From Octopus vulgaris (taxonomy: Eukaryota), in contig OX597815.1 of assembly GCA_951406725.2 (NCBI GenBank), forward strand, positions 16,430,001 through 16,494,000: DNA of 64,000 nucleotides, written 5' to 3'. This document shows positions 11,981 through 24,929 of the stretch, in pieces (the stretch's first letter is position 1; the number at the start of each line of letters is the position of its first letter). Under the pieces are notes generated by a model. The model searched no databases, was not told where the DNA came from, and saw nothing but the letters and a program-made list of their open reading frames with translations. A program made the translations under genes and the position numbers.

Positions 11981-12225
11981 TAGAAATCTTGTTTTGTACT
12001 TTTACAAGTGTAATAACTTAAGAATATTAACATGCATGCGCTCACATTTTTCATTGTAATCCACTTTTTTTTCCGGTCAATGCAATAAAACTAATAAATA
12101 TTCTTTTGTTAAAAAATATTTGAATTAAAAGAAACCTGCCCGTATATTTAGTTCCTTTAAAATTAATAACTTTTTAGGATAATGAGAAATGTAATTATAA
12201 TTTTAAAATGTATTAGATCCTATAC

Positions 12226-12459
12226 CTATTTCTTTATTGCCCACAATGGAATAAACACAGAGGGGACAAACAAGGACAGACAAATGGACTAAGTCGATTA
12301 CATCGACCCTAGTGCGTAACTGGTACTTATTTAATTGATCCCGAAAGGATAAAAGACAAAGTCGACCTCGGCGGAATTTGAACTCAGATGGTAGCGGCAG
12401 ATGAAATGCTGCTAAGCATTTCGCCCGGCGTGCAAACGATTCTGCCAGCTCGCCGCCTT
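12226..12459 (-). mobile_element. tRNA-derived SINE family A (Deu/Nin-like core)
   Basis: Head AAGGCGGCGAGCTGGCAGAA, B-box-like GAGTTCAAATTCC, family core GTCGACTTTGCCTTTCATCCTTTCGGGGTCGATAAA (diverged here). Confidence 0.85.
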
Positions 12460-12979
12460 ATTAGATCCTATATCTTCAATGTATATAAAATTTTTATATT
12501 GAAACAATGTGCATAATTACGAATGCGCCAAAAAAGAAAGTGAGAAAATTCATTACGAATAATAATTTTCTATATAATAGTGAATATTAATGTAATACTA
12601 ATTTTATTATAAAATCAAGAATTAAATTAGTTATATCTATATGTAGTAAGAAGAGCTATCAAGAAGAGGTATGAGAATATATAGTAATATAGCTATATAG
12701 AAAGAAGAGTATCTGATCATATGAATAGTAAAGCCATGGCTAATATAAAATTCTTAAATATGCATCTATCGTAAGGCAGGAGGAGCCACCTGCCTTGTTA
12801 GAGCAAAGTTAATTTGTTAGTCGAAATTCAAGCAAAATAAAATGAAAGCCTGTAATTCAAGTACTGTATTTGCCAACTTGCGTGAAAATACAAAAAAATC
12901 TGAATCCTGCAACTCTGAAAATCCAATCATACTATCTGAAAGCAAAAACCTTGTCAATTTACCCTAAGAAATAATATAT

Positions 12980-13177
12980 TTTTCTTTACTATCCACAAGG
13001 GGCTAAACACAGAGGGGACAAACAAGGACAGACAAAGGGATTAAGTCGATTACATCGACCCCAGTGCGTAACTGGTACTTAATTTATCGACCCCGAAAGG
13101 ATGAAAGGCAAAGTCGACCTCGGCGGAATTTGAACCCAGAACGTAACGTGCTAACGTTTCTGCCAGCTCGCCGCCTT
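12980..13177 (-). mobile_element. SINE family A with internal deletion
   Basis: TSD CCCTAAGAAATAATA on both sides. Confidence 0.85.
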
Positions 13178-13469
13178 ATCCCTAAGAAATAATAATCTAA
13201 ATTCTGCTACTCTTAATATTGAATTAAAGTTTAAAAGCAAAAAAAAAAAAAAACTTATTAAAACTTTGGTCGTCATTATGCATTGCTTCCGTTTGTTTAA
13301 TAAAAATTCCTCCGCGTGTAATGATTTTACTTTCATTTTGTGATAGACAGCTATCAAGCAGAAAAGGGCAACTTCTAAATCTTGTTTTCTGATTAGGTGA
13401 AAATGAATAAAATTTAAACCTCAGTAACATTTTTCTGCAATAAGTATGTATGTATGTATGTATGTATGT

Positions 13470-13603
13470 AACGGGAAGGTTTACGAAAATAAACAAAAGA
13501 CGAAGGCAGGTGGAGTACAAACAAACAAATGTATTAGTATGGCGCTCAGAATATATACATATGAGACACGTAAGAAAGATACACAGAAAAGAAACAAGAG
13601 AGA

Positions 13604-13610
<7 letters not shown>
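13470..13610 (-). mobile_element. Short PLE pLTR-like family copy, hammerhead region deleted
   Basis: Highly similar to 51215-51380; flanked by (TATG)n and (TA)n. Confidence 0.65.
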
Positions 13611-13680
<70 letters not shown>

Positions 13681-14254
13681 GTATATATGTGTATGTATGT
13701 GTGTGTCTGTGTGTGAGTGTTTACTTATGATGGACAGCAGAAAATAGTGCACTTATCATTAATTGTTGCCTGAATTAGCCCTCTCTTTAAAGCTACGTAT
13801 TGTCGCATGGACGTTTTAAAAGTTACTTATATGTCTGTGTGTGTGTGTGTGTATTTACGAAAGTATGTATGCAGTGTCGCATGTATATTCCTGAAGTCGA
13901 TTTCGGGTATTATTCTCCCCTTTTTGACCTCACATATTTGAAATCTCAACTCTTTTTCTATTGGACCAAATTTCAAATTTTGCAGCTAAAAATGTAGCTT
14001 AGGAGGTGACCAATCTAAAAATGTATAAACATCATCAAATTTGGTAAAAAAACTGAATTAGTGACAAAGCCTAGAAGTAATCGCGATCAAGTAAATGTTG
14101 ACCTTAAGAATATTATTCACACACTATCATGTGTGAATCATGTAAATTACAATGTAATGTATTCCATGAATAGGAAGTAGATCTTTACAAGATGCCTAAA
14201 TACAGAATTGGATCAAACATTTTGCAAAATTGGTTTCCAATTTTGACAGAAGGT

Positions 14255-14450
14255 CATCAAATCTGGAATGGAAGGAAGTTGATTATATCGACCTCAGTGC
14301 ACAGATGATACTCATTTTATCGAGTACCGTAAAAATAAAAAGTGAAGACGACCCTGGCGGAATTTGAACTCAAAATGTAAAGAGAGAGAGAAGAAATGCC
14401 GGGAAGCTTTTTACTCTGCGTGTTAACGACTCTGCCAGCTTGTCGCCTTA
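14255..14450 (-). mobile_element. SINE family A, diverged
   Basis: GGCGGAATTTGAACTC and CTGCCAGCTTGTCGCCTT segments. Confidence 0.7.
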
Positions 14451-14585
14451 TTGCTGTTATAAGTAATAATATTACTTAAAAATTGTTTTACGTCTTTTGG
14501 CACATTTAGCTTAAATAATAATTCTTTTTATTTTGAATATTTTTTGAAACGATTAGCACCATCACACTTGATTTGATGAATTCTA

Positions 14586-14855
14586 GGATCTTTTCCTTTT
14601 GATCGGCAGGTCGATAATTTTTTTTTTTAACTAAGCACTTTCAAACAGCAGTAACTTTATTCAGCTCAATAGACGTCACTGATTGGTTGAAATTACCCAA
14701 ATACGACAAATTTAACACAAAGTAACTTCGAAAATACAAACTTTTCCCAACAACGCTAAGAGTAAAAGATGTTCTATATGACACATTCTACCAGTATCCG
14801 AATTTTAGTTTTAAAAAATTAATTTATCGACCTGCCGATCAAAAAGAAAAGATTC
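14586..14855. mobile_element. GGATC-ended MITE (Merlin/MULE-like)
   Basis: TIR GGATCTTTTCCTTTTGATCGGCAGGTCGATAA and its near-complement; 8-bp TSD ga(a/g)ttcta. Confidence 0.8.
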
Positions 14856-14945
14856 GAGTTCTATCATGTGAGCTAAAGAAAATTTGCTTTAAAGCGTTAC
14901 CACTGTTTTCAGCACATTTGGCCCCAGTAGTTTTTTTTTATTTAA

Positions 14946-15020
<75 letters not shown>

Positions 15021-15493
15021 AAAATCATGGGATTTCCTGTAGTCGATATCTATCAGAAAAGTTAAATTTAAATATAGTTTTCTTTTGAAAGAAGAAGAAT
15101 ATTTAGAGTCAAAGTCGATTTCAGGCGTTAATCTCCTTTTTTGCCGGTTTTTACCTCAGTACATTTTTCTACTGATTATTTTTGCATATAACTAACATGG
15201 ATAGATTCCTATCGTGGAGATGTATCATTTAAGCTAAAACAAAGTATAGATTTTTTTTTTTTTAAATATTTGAACTCAAAGCCGATTTAAGGCGTTATTC
15301 TTCCGTTTGTGGCCTCTCATATTTGACTAAAAATTTTTTTCTTCTGATCCAATTTAAACATTTTTTAAAGCTGAAAATGTGACCATCTAAAATGTAAACA
15401 TCATCTAATTTGGTTAAAAACTGAGTTAGTGACAAAGCCTAGAAGTGGTCGTGAGTGAGTAAATGTTGACCGTAAGAATATTATGATACATTT

Positions 15494-15564
<71 letters not shown>

Positions 15565-15695
15565 GGATGGATGGATGGATGGATGGATGGATGGATGGGT
15601 GGGTGAGTGGGTGGGTGGGTGGGCAGGTGGGTAGGTAGGTAGGTAGGCAAGTAGGTAGGTAGGTTGATAGATAGATAGGAAGGTAGATAGATAGG

Positions 15696-15767
<72 letters not shown>

Positions 15768-15772
15768 CAGAT
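15494..15772. repeat. Compound (GATA)n-(GGAT)n-(GGGT)n-(AGGT)n-(GATA)n microsatellite
   Basis: Read directly from the sequence. Confidence 0.95.
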
Positions 15773-15969
15773 ATTGAGATTCAATGAATCAAAACTCACA
15801 TTAAGCTCTCTGTCAAGTGCATGGCTAATAAAAATGGCTGTGGTTAAGGTTAGGATAAGCTTTAGCGTCGTTCAGAAAACCCAGGAATTACCAAATTGCC
15901 TGTAAACATTATTACCAGTTTATTTATAAATATTAACATTTGTGTGTTTACAAACATTATCATCTAATT

Positions 15970-16496
15970 CAGGGGTCGGGGAGCTTTTTTTAAAAATATT
16001 TACCCCAAAATATATTCATTTACGCCTACGTTACCCCTTTGATTTGAAAAGAAGAAAACCATAGATTCTTTGAATTCAAAAGGTTTATTAAATCTATTTA
16101 TATGGAAAATACAATTATAAATATAAAAAGTAAAAAACAAATGCGATAAAATAAATTAATATCTACATTATGAAACAGAAGGATTTTTCTAGAAACTTTT
16201 TCACTTCAGGTTTTGGTGAAATGATGTTTCATCTCCGTTACAATTGCATCGAAATTGGGGCATTCTGATGCCAAAGTAATCTGGATAGTCTTCCGGTCCA
16301 GTCGATTTCTCTGTTTTGCTTTTATTTTCATTAGAGTGGAAAATCCTTGCTCGCAAAGGTAGCTTGTTGCAAAAGGCAGCAACTTTTTGACTGCCTCCTC
16401 ATGCTAGAAGAAAAATTTCTGTCGTAACAAGGAATAACTCCCAAGAATTTCATTTTACCCCTACTTCGGGTAATTTACCCTAGTTCGCCGACCCTG
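15970..16496 (-). mobile_element. hAT (Buster/Charlie-type) deletion derivative
   Basis: TIRs CAGGGGTCGG / CCGACCCTG; perfect 8-bp TSD ATCTAATT (nnnTAnnn); internal minus-strand KKLLPFATSYLCEQGFSTLMKIKAKQRNRL matches the hAT dimerization domain. Confidence 0.9.
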
Positions 16497-16678
16497 ATCT
16501 AATTATTCATAAACATTATCATTATTTCAATAAACATTGCAATATGTTACTTTATAAATATTACCCCAATCTGTTTATAAACGAGACATAAGTCTATTTA
16601 TAAACATAAACACAAAGTTGTTTATAAACATTATCTCTAGTATGTTTATAAATAGTATCGCATGTTTGTTAACTCAAA

Positions 16679-17071
16679 TCTCTATATATATGAAGCTGAA
16701 GTTGTTTGTGTATGGCAGGTTTGGTAGCCTTCAACTAACACTATCTCCTCTGAGACCCTACGGCTCAATTGACCAAAATTGAGACTATGATAGAAGAAGG
16801 ATTGCTCTTCCTTCAGTAGAAGAAAAAATTCAAATCGGACCATGTTAACACCAAATATTATTTACATTAAAAAGGTGCTTTTTGTTTATATGAAAATACC
16901 TATTTTTTACGATTTTTTGATTGCTGTGTCGCCATTTTTCGGTGTATTTCAACCAGAAAAATGTTCACTTAAAGAGAATAACAAGCTACATAATGCAAAA
17001 TTTTTACTTTTCAAAAATTACAATTCTAAAGGGTCGAAACAGACCCAAGCAACGCCGGGCGATACTGCTAG
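16679..17071 (+). mobile_element. Complete non-autonomous Helitron
   Basis: Starts A|TC, has a subterminal hairpin CCCAAGCAACGCCGGG, ends CTAG|T; no TSD. Confidence 0.85.
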
Positions 17072-17977
17072 TTTGTTTATAAACATAAACATTATCGTCA
17101 AAATATTCATCCATAATATTTTATATCCATAATGTTTTCTCACTTATGCATGAACGAAAGGGAGAAAATATTCCACAACATATATGAATTTTGTGAAATG
17201 TTTTTTAAAAAAAGATAAATAGAGGGTGTTAAAGTCTAAGACTTTTCTGAATAACAGAGAAGAAACTCCATTTTCATTTTACTTTCGAGTCTCATATTAA
17301 AATATGTACTCGAATCACTGTAGTCATATACCGTGTTATTGTCGTTTCTTTGATGTTGTAAAACTATTATATTGTTCAAGGAAATGGTAAAAGTTATTTA
17401 GAAAAGTTTGGGCATTTGCAGAAATTTGCTTGCCGTAGAGAGAAAGAGGTTTTGTTCTCTTAGCCGAAGAGTTTGGCCCGAAACATCAGTATCCTCTTCA
17501 CGACTGCTATACACTTTAAGTGTCAAATAATCTTGCAGTCGACCGAGAGTTCGCTCAATGACATAAGTTAACAGCAAAATTAAACGTATGTATATTTTCA
17601 ATAGCTCTGTCTGTTTATCTGTCTGGCAGTCTCTTTCATACACATGCAATCATACGTACATATACACTTACATATTCATTGATTTCTAACTTGGATACAA
17701 AATTATTTTAAGTTATTGTAGCACCAGATAACGGAATCTACATTGTCACGATTATATTTTGAGTTTATGAAATTAACCACAAGGTTTGTTCAACAAAACT
17801 ATCCGATACTTTATAAACATTATGACTAGATTGTTTATAGAAACATTATGAACAGATTGTTTGGAAACATTACCACTGGTTCATTCGTAAACATTATCAC
17901 AATTTTGTTGGTAAATATTATCACCAGACAGTTTCATAATATCATCACGTTTGTTAATAGATATCAATAACAAGATT

Positions 17978-18302
17978 TCGTTTTGGGGATTTGGTTTGCA
18001 AGATTCTTTATGTGAGTTCGTGTGTTGAAGCATATTCTGTTGTGTCTGGGGAAAGTCATTTTCTTTTTGTGCCTTATGATTTAAAACAGTCACCGGTAAA
18101 ATTTCCACTGATTTCTTATTTTTATTTTCCTAAAATTTTCGTTGCGTCTTGCAACCTGTTCAATGGTCAAGACCACTGAAAATGTTGCAAGACGCAACGA
18201 AAATTTTAGGAAAATAAAAATAAGAAATAAGTGGAAATTTTACCGGTGAGTGTTTTAAACCATAAGGCACAAAAAGAAAATGACTCTCCCCAGACACAAC
18301 AG
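17978..18302. mobile_element. Fold-back element with about 125-bp inverted arms and degenerate hammerhead-like motifs
   Basis: Arms about 18034-18165 and 18172-18305; 12-bp TSD AATAACAAGATT at 17966-17977 and 18303-18314; gttgc/gcaac stem followed by GAAAATTTT. Confidence 0.75.
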
Positions 18303-19112
18303 AATAACAAGATTGTTTATAAACATTTACATGATTTTGTTTATGAAATTTACCACAAGTGAGTTTATAAATTTTTTCACACACGTTATAAAGATTATCA
18401 CCAGTGTGTTAGTTTATAACCAATAATATAAGTCTTTTCATAAATTATCACAAGTTCGTTACTTTATCAGAACTTAGAAAGCCGGAAGAAATATCGCAAG
18501 GCATTTTGTCCAACGAGCTAACAATTCTGCTAATTCGATGCGTTTAAGTTTCAAAATACTTAAGACATTTTTGCTCAATTTTATTAGTATTATTATTAAG
18601 TAACTCAAAGGACCATTGAGTCAGTACCCCAACTGATATTTCCATAGCGCTGACCATCACAGGTAACTTATCCAAGTATAATTGGAGCCTATTCTAAATA
18701 GCACTTAAAATCTACATTATAGCTCTAATGTAAAAAAAAAAATAAAATGAATAAAAGTTGATGGTTTTCAGCTCAAAATCTACGAAATTATAATCCCAAA
18801 CCCTACCAACTCTACCGTTTCACTCAAGTATACATCAATTTCCCACAATCATTTAGTCATTATTGGATTAAGAAATTAATTTAATTAAAATCACTATTTG
18901 ACGTAACTGTTTCTACAACGCCATACTCTCAAAGTGTTGGATGAAGGAATAAGAATCATAACTTAGAACCTTTAGTTACCAATTCCTGTGCACAAACATA
19001 TCTTGACTGTTTCTTTCATTGTAGTCTAGCATTCCAGAAAACTAAGTATAGAACACATGTTTACGTTTTAAAACGCATATAAGTTAATTAATATGTCAAT
19101 ATTTACACACTC

Positions 19113-19820
19113 AAACGTGCCGGGCGAAATGCCCAGCGGTATTTCGTCTGTCTTTACGTTCTGAGTTCAAATTCTGCCGAGGTCGACTTTGGCTTTCATC
19201 CTTTCGAGGTCGACTTTGGCTTTCATCCTTTCGAGGTCGACTTTGGTTTTCATCCTTTCGAGGTCGATAAATTAAGTACCAGTTGCGTACTGGAGTCGAT
19301 CTAATCGACTGGCCCCCTTCCCCAAAATTTTGGGCCTTGTGCCTAGAGTAGAAAAGAATATTTACACTCAAAGGCGGCGAGCTGGCAGAGACGTGAGCAC
19401 GCCGGGCGAAATGCTTAGCGGTACTTCGTGTGCCGTTACGGTCTGAGTTCAAATTTCGCCGAGGTCAACTTTGCCTTTCATCTTTTCGGGGTCGATAAAT
19501 TAAGTACCAGCTGCGTACTGGAGTCGATCTAATCGACTGGCCCCATCCACCAAAATTTTGGGCTTTGTGCCTAGAGTAGAAAAGAATATTTACACACTCA
19601 GAAGTGGCAAGCTTGGCACAATCGTTAGCACGCCAGGCAAAATGTTAAGCGGCATGTAGTCCGTCTTTACGTTCTGAGTTCAAATTCCGCTAAGGTCGAC
19701 CTTACCTTTCTGTCATACTTTCGGGATCGATAAAATAAGTACCAGTTGATCACTGGAGGTCGAATAATCTGCTTAGCCCATCCGTCGATATTGCTGGCCT
19801 TGTGCCAAAACTTGAAACCA
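19113..19820 (+). mobile_element. Three consecutive SINE family A copies
   Basis: Copies start near 19113, 19371 and 19601, each preceded by AATATTTACAC(AC)TCA; the first has a tripled 27-nt internal unit. Confidence 0.85.
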
Positions 19821-20247
19821 ATATTTATATGTGCATAAATGCATAATCATATATACTTGTGTGTATATGTATGCATGTATGTATGTATGTATGTATGTAT
19901 GTATGTATGTATGTATGTATGTATGTATGTATGTATGTATTATGCATGTATGTATTTATCCTGGACATGACTTTAAACAGCATCCGAAGTGGGACCCTGG
20001 TACAAAAATTCCAGGGTTTTGAGGAGTATGGGATCACCTCTAAGCCCTTATTGTTCCCAGGTCTACTCTGTCTTAGAGCTACGCATTAACTATCATGTGA
20101 AGCATTGGGAGTGAAGCACACCTAGTTTTCGTCAGAACATTTTGCATGAACTTACTGAGTTTTGCAAATGGGCTCACTCGGTCTTCCACTATACACATGC
20201 ACACACACACCTACATAGCCCCCACACACATATACACATATATGGTA

Positions 20248-20740
20248 GGTCGCTTTTGGGCGCTACTGGTAACATGTAACCCTGTACAACCTGTTGCATG
20301 GTCGGGTCGTCGTCAACTAAACTGGCAAGCTCATCAAGCCCGCTCGTTTAGGAAGGTGATTGTCGGACACCTTGCAGGACGAAAAATAAGACCTGTCAAA
20401 GGGCGAAAGAGCTCGTGAGCAGTCAACGGCCATCCTACAATATGTGTAAATGTGTATGCAAGCAGAGATGTAAGCGCGGGGACGTGGAAATACCCGGGTT
20501 GGTGTCCAGGCGCGCAGTTGGCCCACTGGGAGTGAGAGGCCCCTTGTTATTGTCACAACACCCCTCTAGTAGAGGAGAACTCTGAGAGAAAACCTGCAAC
20601 ACTACACTGACAATATTCAATGATGTAGACTAGTTTTCTTTTCGAGTTTATGTTGTACATGTTCAGGGAGTGTGATTGGATTTGTGCAAATCATTTCCCC
20701 ACTATAAAAAATTATCATGCACAGGCATCGCTTGATGATA
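20248..20740 (+). mobile_element. Repeat family E, second copy
   Basis: Colinear homology to 9028-9530. Confidence 0.7.
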
Positions 20741-20800
20741 GAGATATGGATTGTTGATATGGCTGTTTTTGTATATGTGGAAAAGTATTATAACACTTCC

Positions 20801-20839
<39 letters not shown>

Positions 20840-20946
20840 ATCTATCATTTATCTATCTCTGTTTAGATATGTACACGTATCTATGCATTATATTTAATGC
20901 TTTAATTAATAAGGTATTAAAACAGAATGACTCTCCCCAGACACAA

Positions 20947-20980
<34 letters not shown>

Positions 20981-20982
<2 letters not shown>

Positions 20983-21347
20983 ATAGAAATGGTAAGATAA
21001 CAAAAGAAAGAAAGAGACCTCGATATTATGTAAATAGAGGAATTTATCTGTAAATGTTATATGTGACAATTATTCGGTAGCCAAGATAAAACTCCGAGCT
21101 TCGGATGCTGAGGTGGAAATCCACGCCGCCATCTCTTCAGTTATCCGGCCATCGGAAAAATGCTATGAAAAATGACCGTTATACAAATCACACAGTAATT
21201 TCCCTTTGTATAACGGTCATTTTTCATAGCCTTTTTCCGATGGCCGGATAACTGAAGAGATGGCGGCATGGATTTCCACCTCGGTATCCGAAACTCGGAG
21301 TTTTATCATGGCTACCGAATAATTGTCACATATTACATTTACAGATA
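20981..21347. mobile_element. Fold-back PLE-type element in (TA)n with a canonical-core hammerhead (21247-21307, +)
   Basis: Arms 21045-21187 and 21205-21347; gataa-CTGAAGA-gat...atc-c-GAAA-ctcggag-TT-ttatc. Confidence 0.8.
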
Positions 21348-21723
21348 TATATATATATATGCATGTATGTATACACGATAGTATATATCTGTGCGTACGT
21401 ATGCCCACACACACACACACACACACATCTTTTTCTTCTTCGTTATCAGGTGTATTATTTCTGGCGTTGTACTTCGAATTTTGTTTATGCTATGTTTGAT
21501 GCATTGACGATTGTCAGTCCAATGCACTGATATAGTAAAATATATATGTCACTTTATGATAGATTCTTAACTGATTTTACTCGTTAGCATTTTGTTCTTT
21601 GATTCAGACATGTGTATATATGGCAGAAGTTGGACCAATATCTATGTGTTATCTCATATATACAGTAGTAAAACTTAGGCTACTACCCAAGCGATAATGA
21701 TACTTTTTTTTCATTCCTCCTTG

Positions 21724-23150
21724 TTGTCAGACGAAGGAAAAAACTTGAAACGTAAGAGGCTATATCACACTATTTCTCTAAAATAGTTCTCTCGCAATGA
21801 TGACTGAAGAGTCAAAATAGTACTCTCGCAATGACTCTCACAATAGTACTCTCAAAATAGTACTCTCACAATGACTGAAGAGTCAAAAATCGGAATCTTT
21901 AGTTATCAATTTATGTGCACTGGTATATGTTAAATAATTCTTTCGTTATAGTTATAGATAATTTATTTTCTTCATTGTAATTGAAATTATCGAATTATTC
22001 AACTGATTAATTAATGTCAGCACACACCATAATCAACTTCCTACAATGCCGGAGTTTTTCCCTTTATCATAATAGCTAACTAGAATCGAATATGCTAGGA
22101 AAGACAAGTTGTCCGTTCATAGATGGGTGACTGTCAATATGTATTTGATATGGATACTCTTCTTTGATACCTAAGACTATCGAGTTCAAATACCACGCTT
22201 AAAATAGCAACCAAATCGTCCCCAAACCAGATCCTACCATCTGAAATAAAGGATACACTGGACAATATTATCCCTGATCTTATGCCTGCTCGATCAAAAA
22301 GGACCCGAGACTAAACGACAATAACAACAGCATAGGGTATCTACTTGCAATCTATCGGTTTATTACATAAGCACAAGGCCACGGTTTTTTGAGGCAGGAA
22401 GAAAAGAAACAGTCGAATCATTGTAGCTCCCTGAAGGTCACGTTAATCTCATAATTACTGCATTATTTCCTCTCTACAACAGCTCTGTCCATGTTTTCCA
22501 GTCAAAATATCAGCCGATAGAAGTTCAAGTTAAACATCCGGGAGGATAAAAGAGTGATGCACATTGACATGTTGCGATCAATCAACATCTAAAAAATTCC
22601 TGCACTGAGAAAAATCATGGAATTTTTTTTATCAAGTGCGAAAATTTGGGAATATAGAAGAGAAGATGTACAGGAATCAGTGTTCATACCTTTCCATTGG
22701 AGATTGACAAAGTAAAATAAATCGTACAAGCTAAGCTGAATACAACATTTATTGTCAGACGAAGAAAAAAACTTGAAACGTAAGAGTCTATATCACACTA
22801 TTTCTCTAAAATAGTACTCTCGCAATGTTGACTGAAGAGTCAAAATAGAACTCTCACAATAGTACTCTCAAAATAGTACTCTCACAATGACTCTCACAAT
22901 GACTGAAGAGTCAAAAATCGGAATCTTTAGTTATCAATTTATGTGCACTGGTATATGTTAAATAATTCTTTCGTTATAGTTATAGATAATTTATTTTCTT
23001 CATAGTAATTGAAATTATCGAATTCTCCAACTGATTAATTAATGTCAGCACATACCATAACCAGCTTCCTACAATGCCGGAGTTTTTCCCTTTATCGTAA
23101 TAACTAACTAGAATCGAATATACTATGAAAGACAAGTTGTCCGTTCATAG
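21724..23150 (+). repeat. About 400-bp direct repeat pair (21724-22122 and 22752-23150)
   Basis: Highly similar blocks from TTGTCAGACGAA to TTGTCCGTTCATAG, each containing short CTCTCACAAT sub-repeats. Confidence 0.9.
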
Positions 23151-23519
23151 GAGAATGATGAAAAGTTCAATCAGAAACGTTAGGCATTTCTTCTCGTGCG
23201 TATTAACATATCTTACTTTTTAACCATAAATAATTGTTTGATAACATGAAGAGTATGCAGACCTACAAACAGTTGATAAACTTGCATTAGGGAAAAGAAT
23301 TAAGTACATGTATCGAAATAATAATTTCCAGCAGCATGAAATATAGGTCTCGTTTGACTTGGCACACATTCCTCAGCCAGTTTGTTTTAGGCAAATAAAA
23401 GAAATTAACTGTTTTCTTGGGTTAGGAATGAGTACTGTAGTGAAGTCTCACTGTGACATATTTCTTTTTGTTGCAGAAGATGATGTTGTTGATACTGTTG
23501 TTGCTGTTGCTGTTGAGCG

Positions 23520-23872
23520 AAGCGGTCTTCTGTAGTGAGAGAAGCCCGAAACGTGGTCCTTTACTATTCGTAAGACCTGCAGAAGAGAAAGCAGGTCAAC
23601 CCCCGACACCGAGAGCATCGACGGATGGATGAATGCGCATCCAGGCTCAGCGGTTGCGTAGGAAGTCGGGGACAAGAAACAGGAAGAAAGGGTGAGGGTA
23701 AGTTGGAGCGAAAGAGTACAACAGGGGTTGCCACCCCACCCCCTGCCGGAGATTCGTGGAGCTTTAGGTGTTTTCGCTCTATAAACACACACAAAGCCCA
23801 ATCTGGGAATCGAAACCGCGATCCTCCGACCGCGAGTCCGCTGCCCTAACCATTGGGCCATTGCGCCTCCAC
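23520..23872 (-). mobile_element. tRNA-derived SINE family C variant (different 3' half)
   Basis: Head GGAGGCGCAATGGCCCAATGGTTAGGGCAGCGGAC; inserted in a (GTT/GCT)n tract. Confidence 0.8.
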
Positions 23873-24124
23873 TGTTGTTGCTGTTGCTTAATCTCAGATC
23901 AGCTCTGATGAAGCACGTCAAAGTAATCAAGCCATTCCAGCGATAACTTCGTCACTCTATTTTCAAACAATGTTTCTAAGACTTCTCTATCCAAATATGT
24001 CCTTCCTCTTTTAAGCTACTAAGATATGGTTTGAGCTGCTATTGGTGCTCGTGTCGACTAGAAGCAAAAATATGGCTCTTTAGAAGTATATCATTACAGA
24101 TAGGAAGCAAAACATTTTACTTAC

Positions 24125-24610
24125 CTCCAATGTTGGCTTGTTTTCTAATAAGATATTAATAAATAATTTGATGAGAATGAAAACTAGTAAACCGGCAAAA
24201 CTTCGTCAATCGCTGTAATTCACAAATATTTCTTATAGTATTTTCTAGATTATTCTGTTTCGTTAGTTGTCTTTTCTTATATGCAAAAAAGCAGAAATCA
24301 TCACACAGCAAAGTCCAGAATTCATTGACAGGATGGCAGAGTCTTAAACGAAGGATATTCCCGAATAAATCAAATTCTGTTGTCTGTTATCCATTTATGC
24401 AACTTCAGTAGTTGTCTCCCTGTTGTTTGGTATTCTTCTGTGTTCTAATGCCACTTGCTCAGCAATTAAAAGTTAATAACCTGGTAAACCGTGTTGTTTT
24501 TGTGAGCTTCTCGATTTGTTTACCGGCGCCAATGACGATCGAGCCGTTTGTGGGTATCAGAGTAAAATGGAAGCGGAGATAAACGTTCAACAGTCTTGAC
24601 GACCACGTCA
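24125..24610 (-). other. Candidate upstream non-coding (5'UTR) exon of the minus-strand gene
   Basis: Unique non-repetitive sequence ending in a strong donor GAG|GTAAGT (intron starts 24124); CpG-richer 5' end. The ATG exon has an acceptor, so an upstream exon is needed. Confidence 0.4.
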
Positions 24611-24889
24611 AACGAGATGAATAGGAACAGACAAAACAAACACAAGAATTAATACAATAATAACGCTAACAATGATAGTAGGAAACATATACAGTAACAT
24701 GTATGCGTGCGTATGTATGCATGCATGTATGTATGTATATTTATATATATATTTATATATATTTATATGCACACATACACAGACACAAACCAAGAAAGAC
24801 AGACGTGCTTTCCCACGTGGTTATTTGAATAGAGAAAGAAAAAGACTTGTAAATAAGACTAAGAAAAGTATATTCAAGAAACTCATACA

Positions 24890-24929
<40 letters not shown>

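Noticed and set aside
19178-19270. CRISPR-like 27-nt repeats
   Set aside because: The repeats are directly tandem with no spacers, lie inside a SINE, and the context is eukaryotic with no cas genes.
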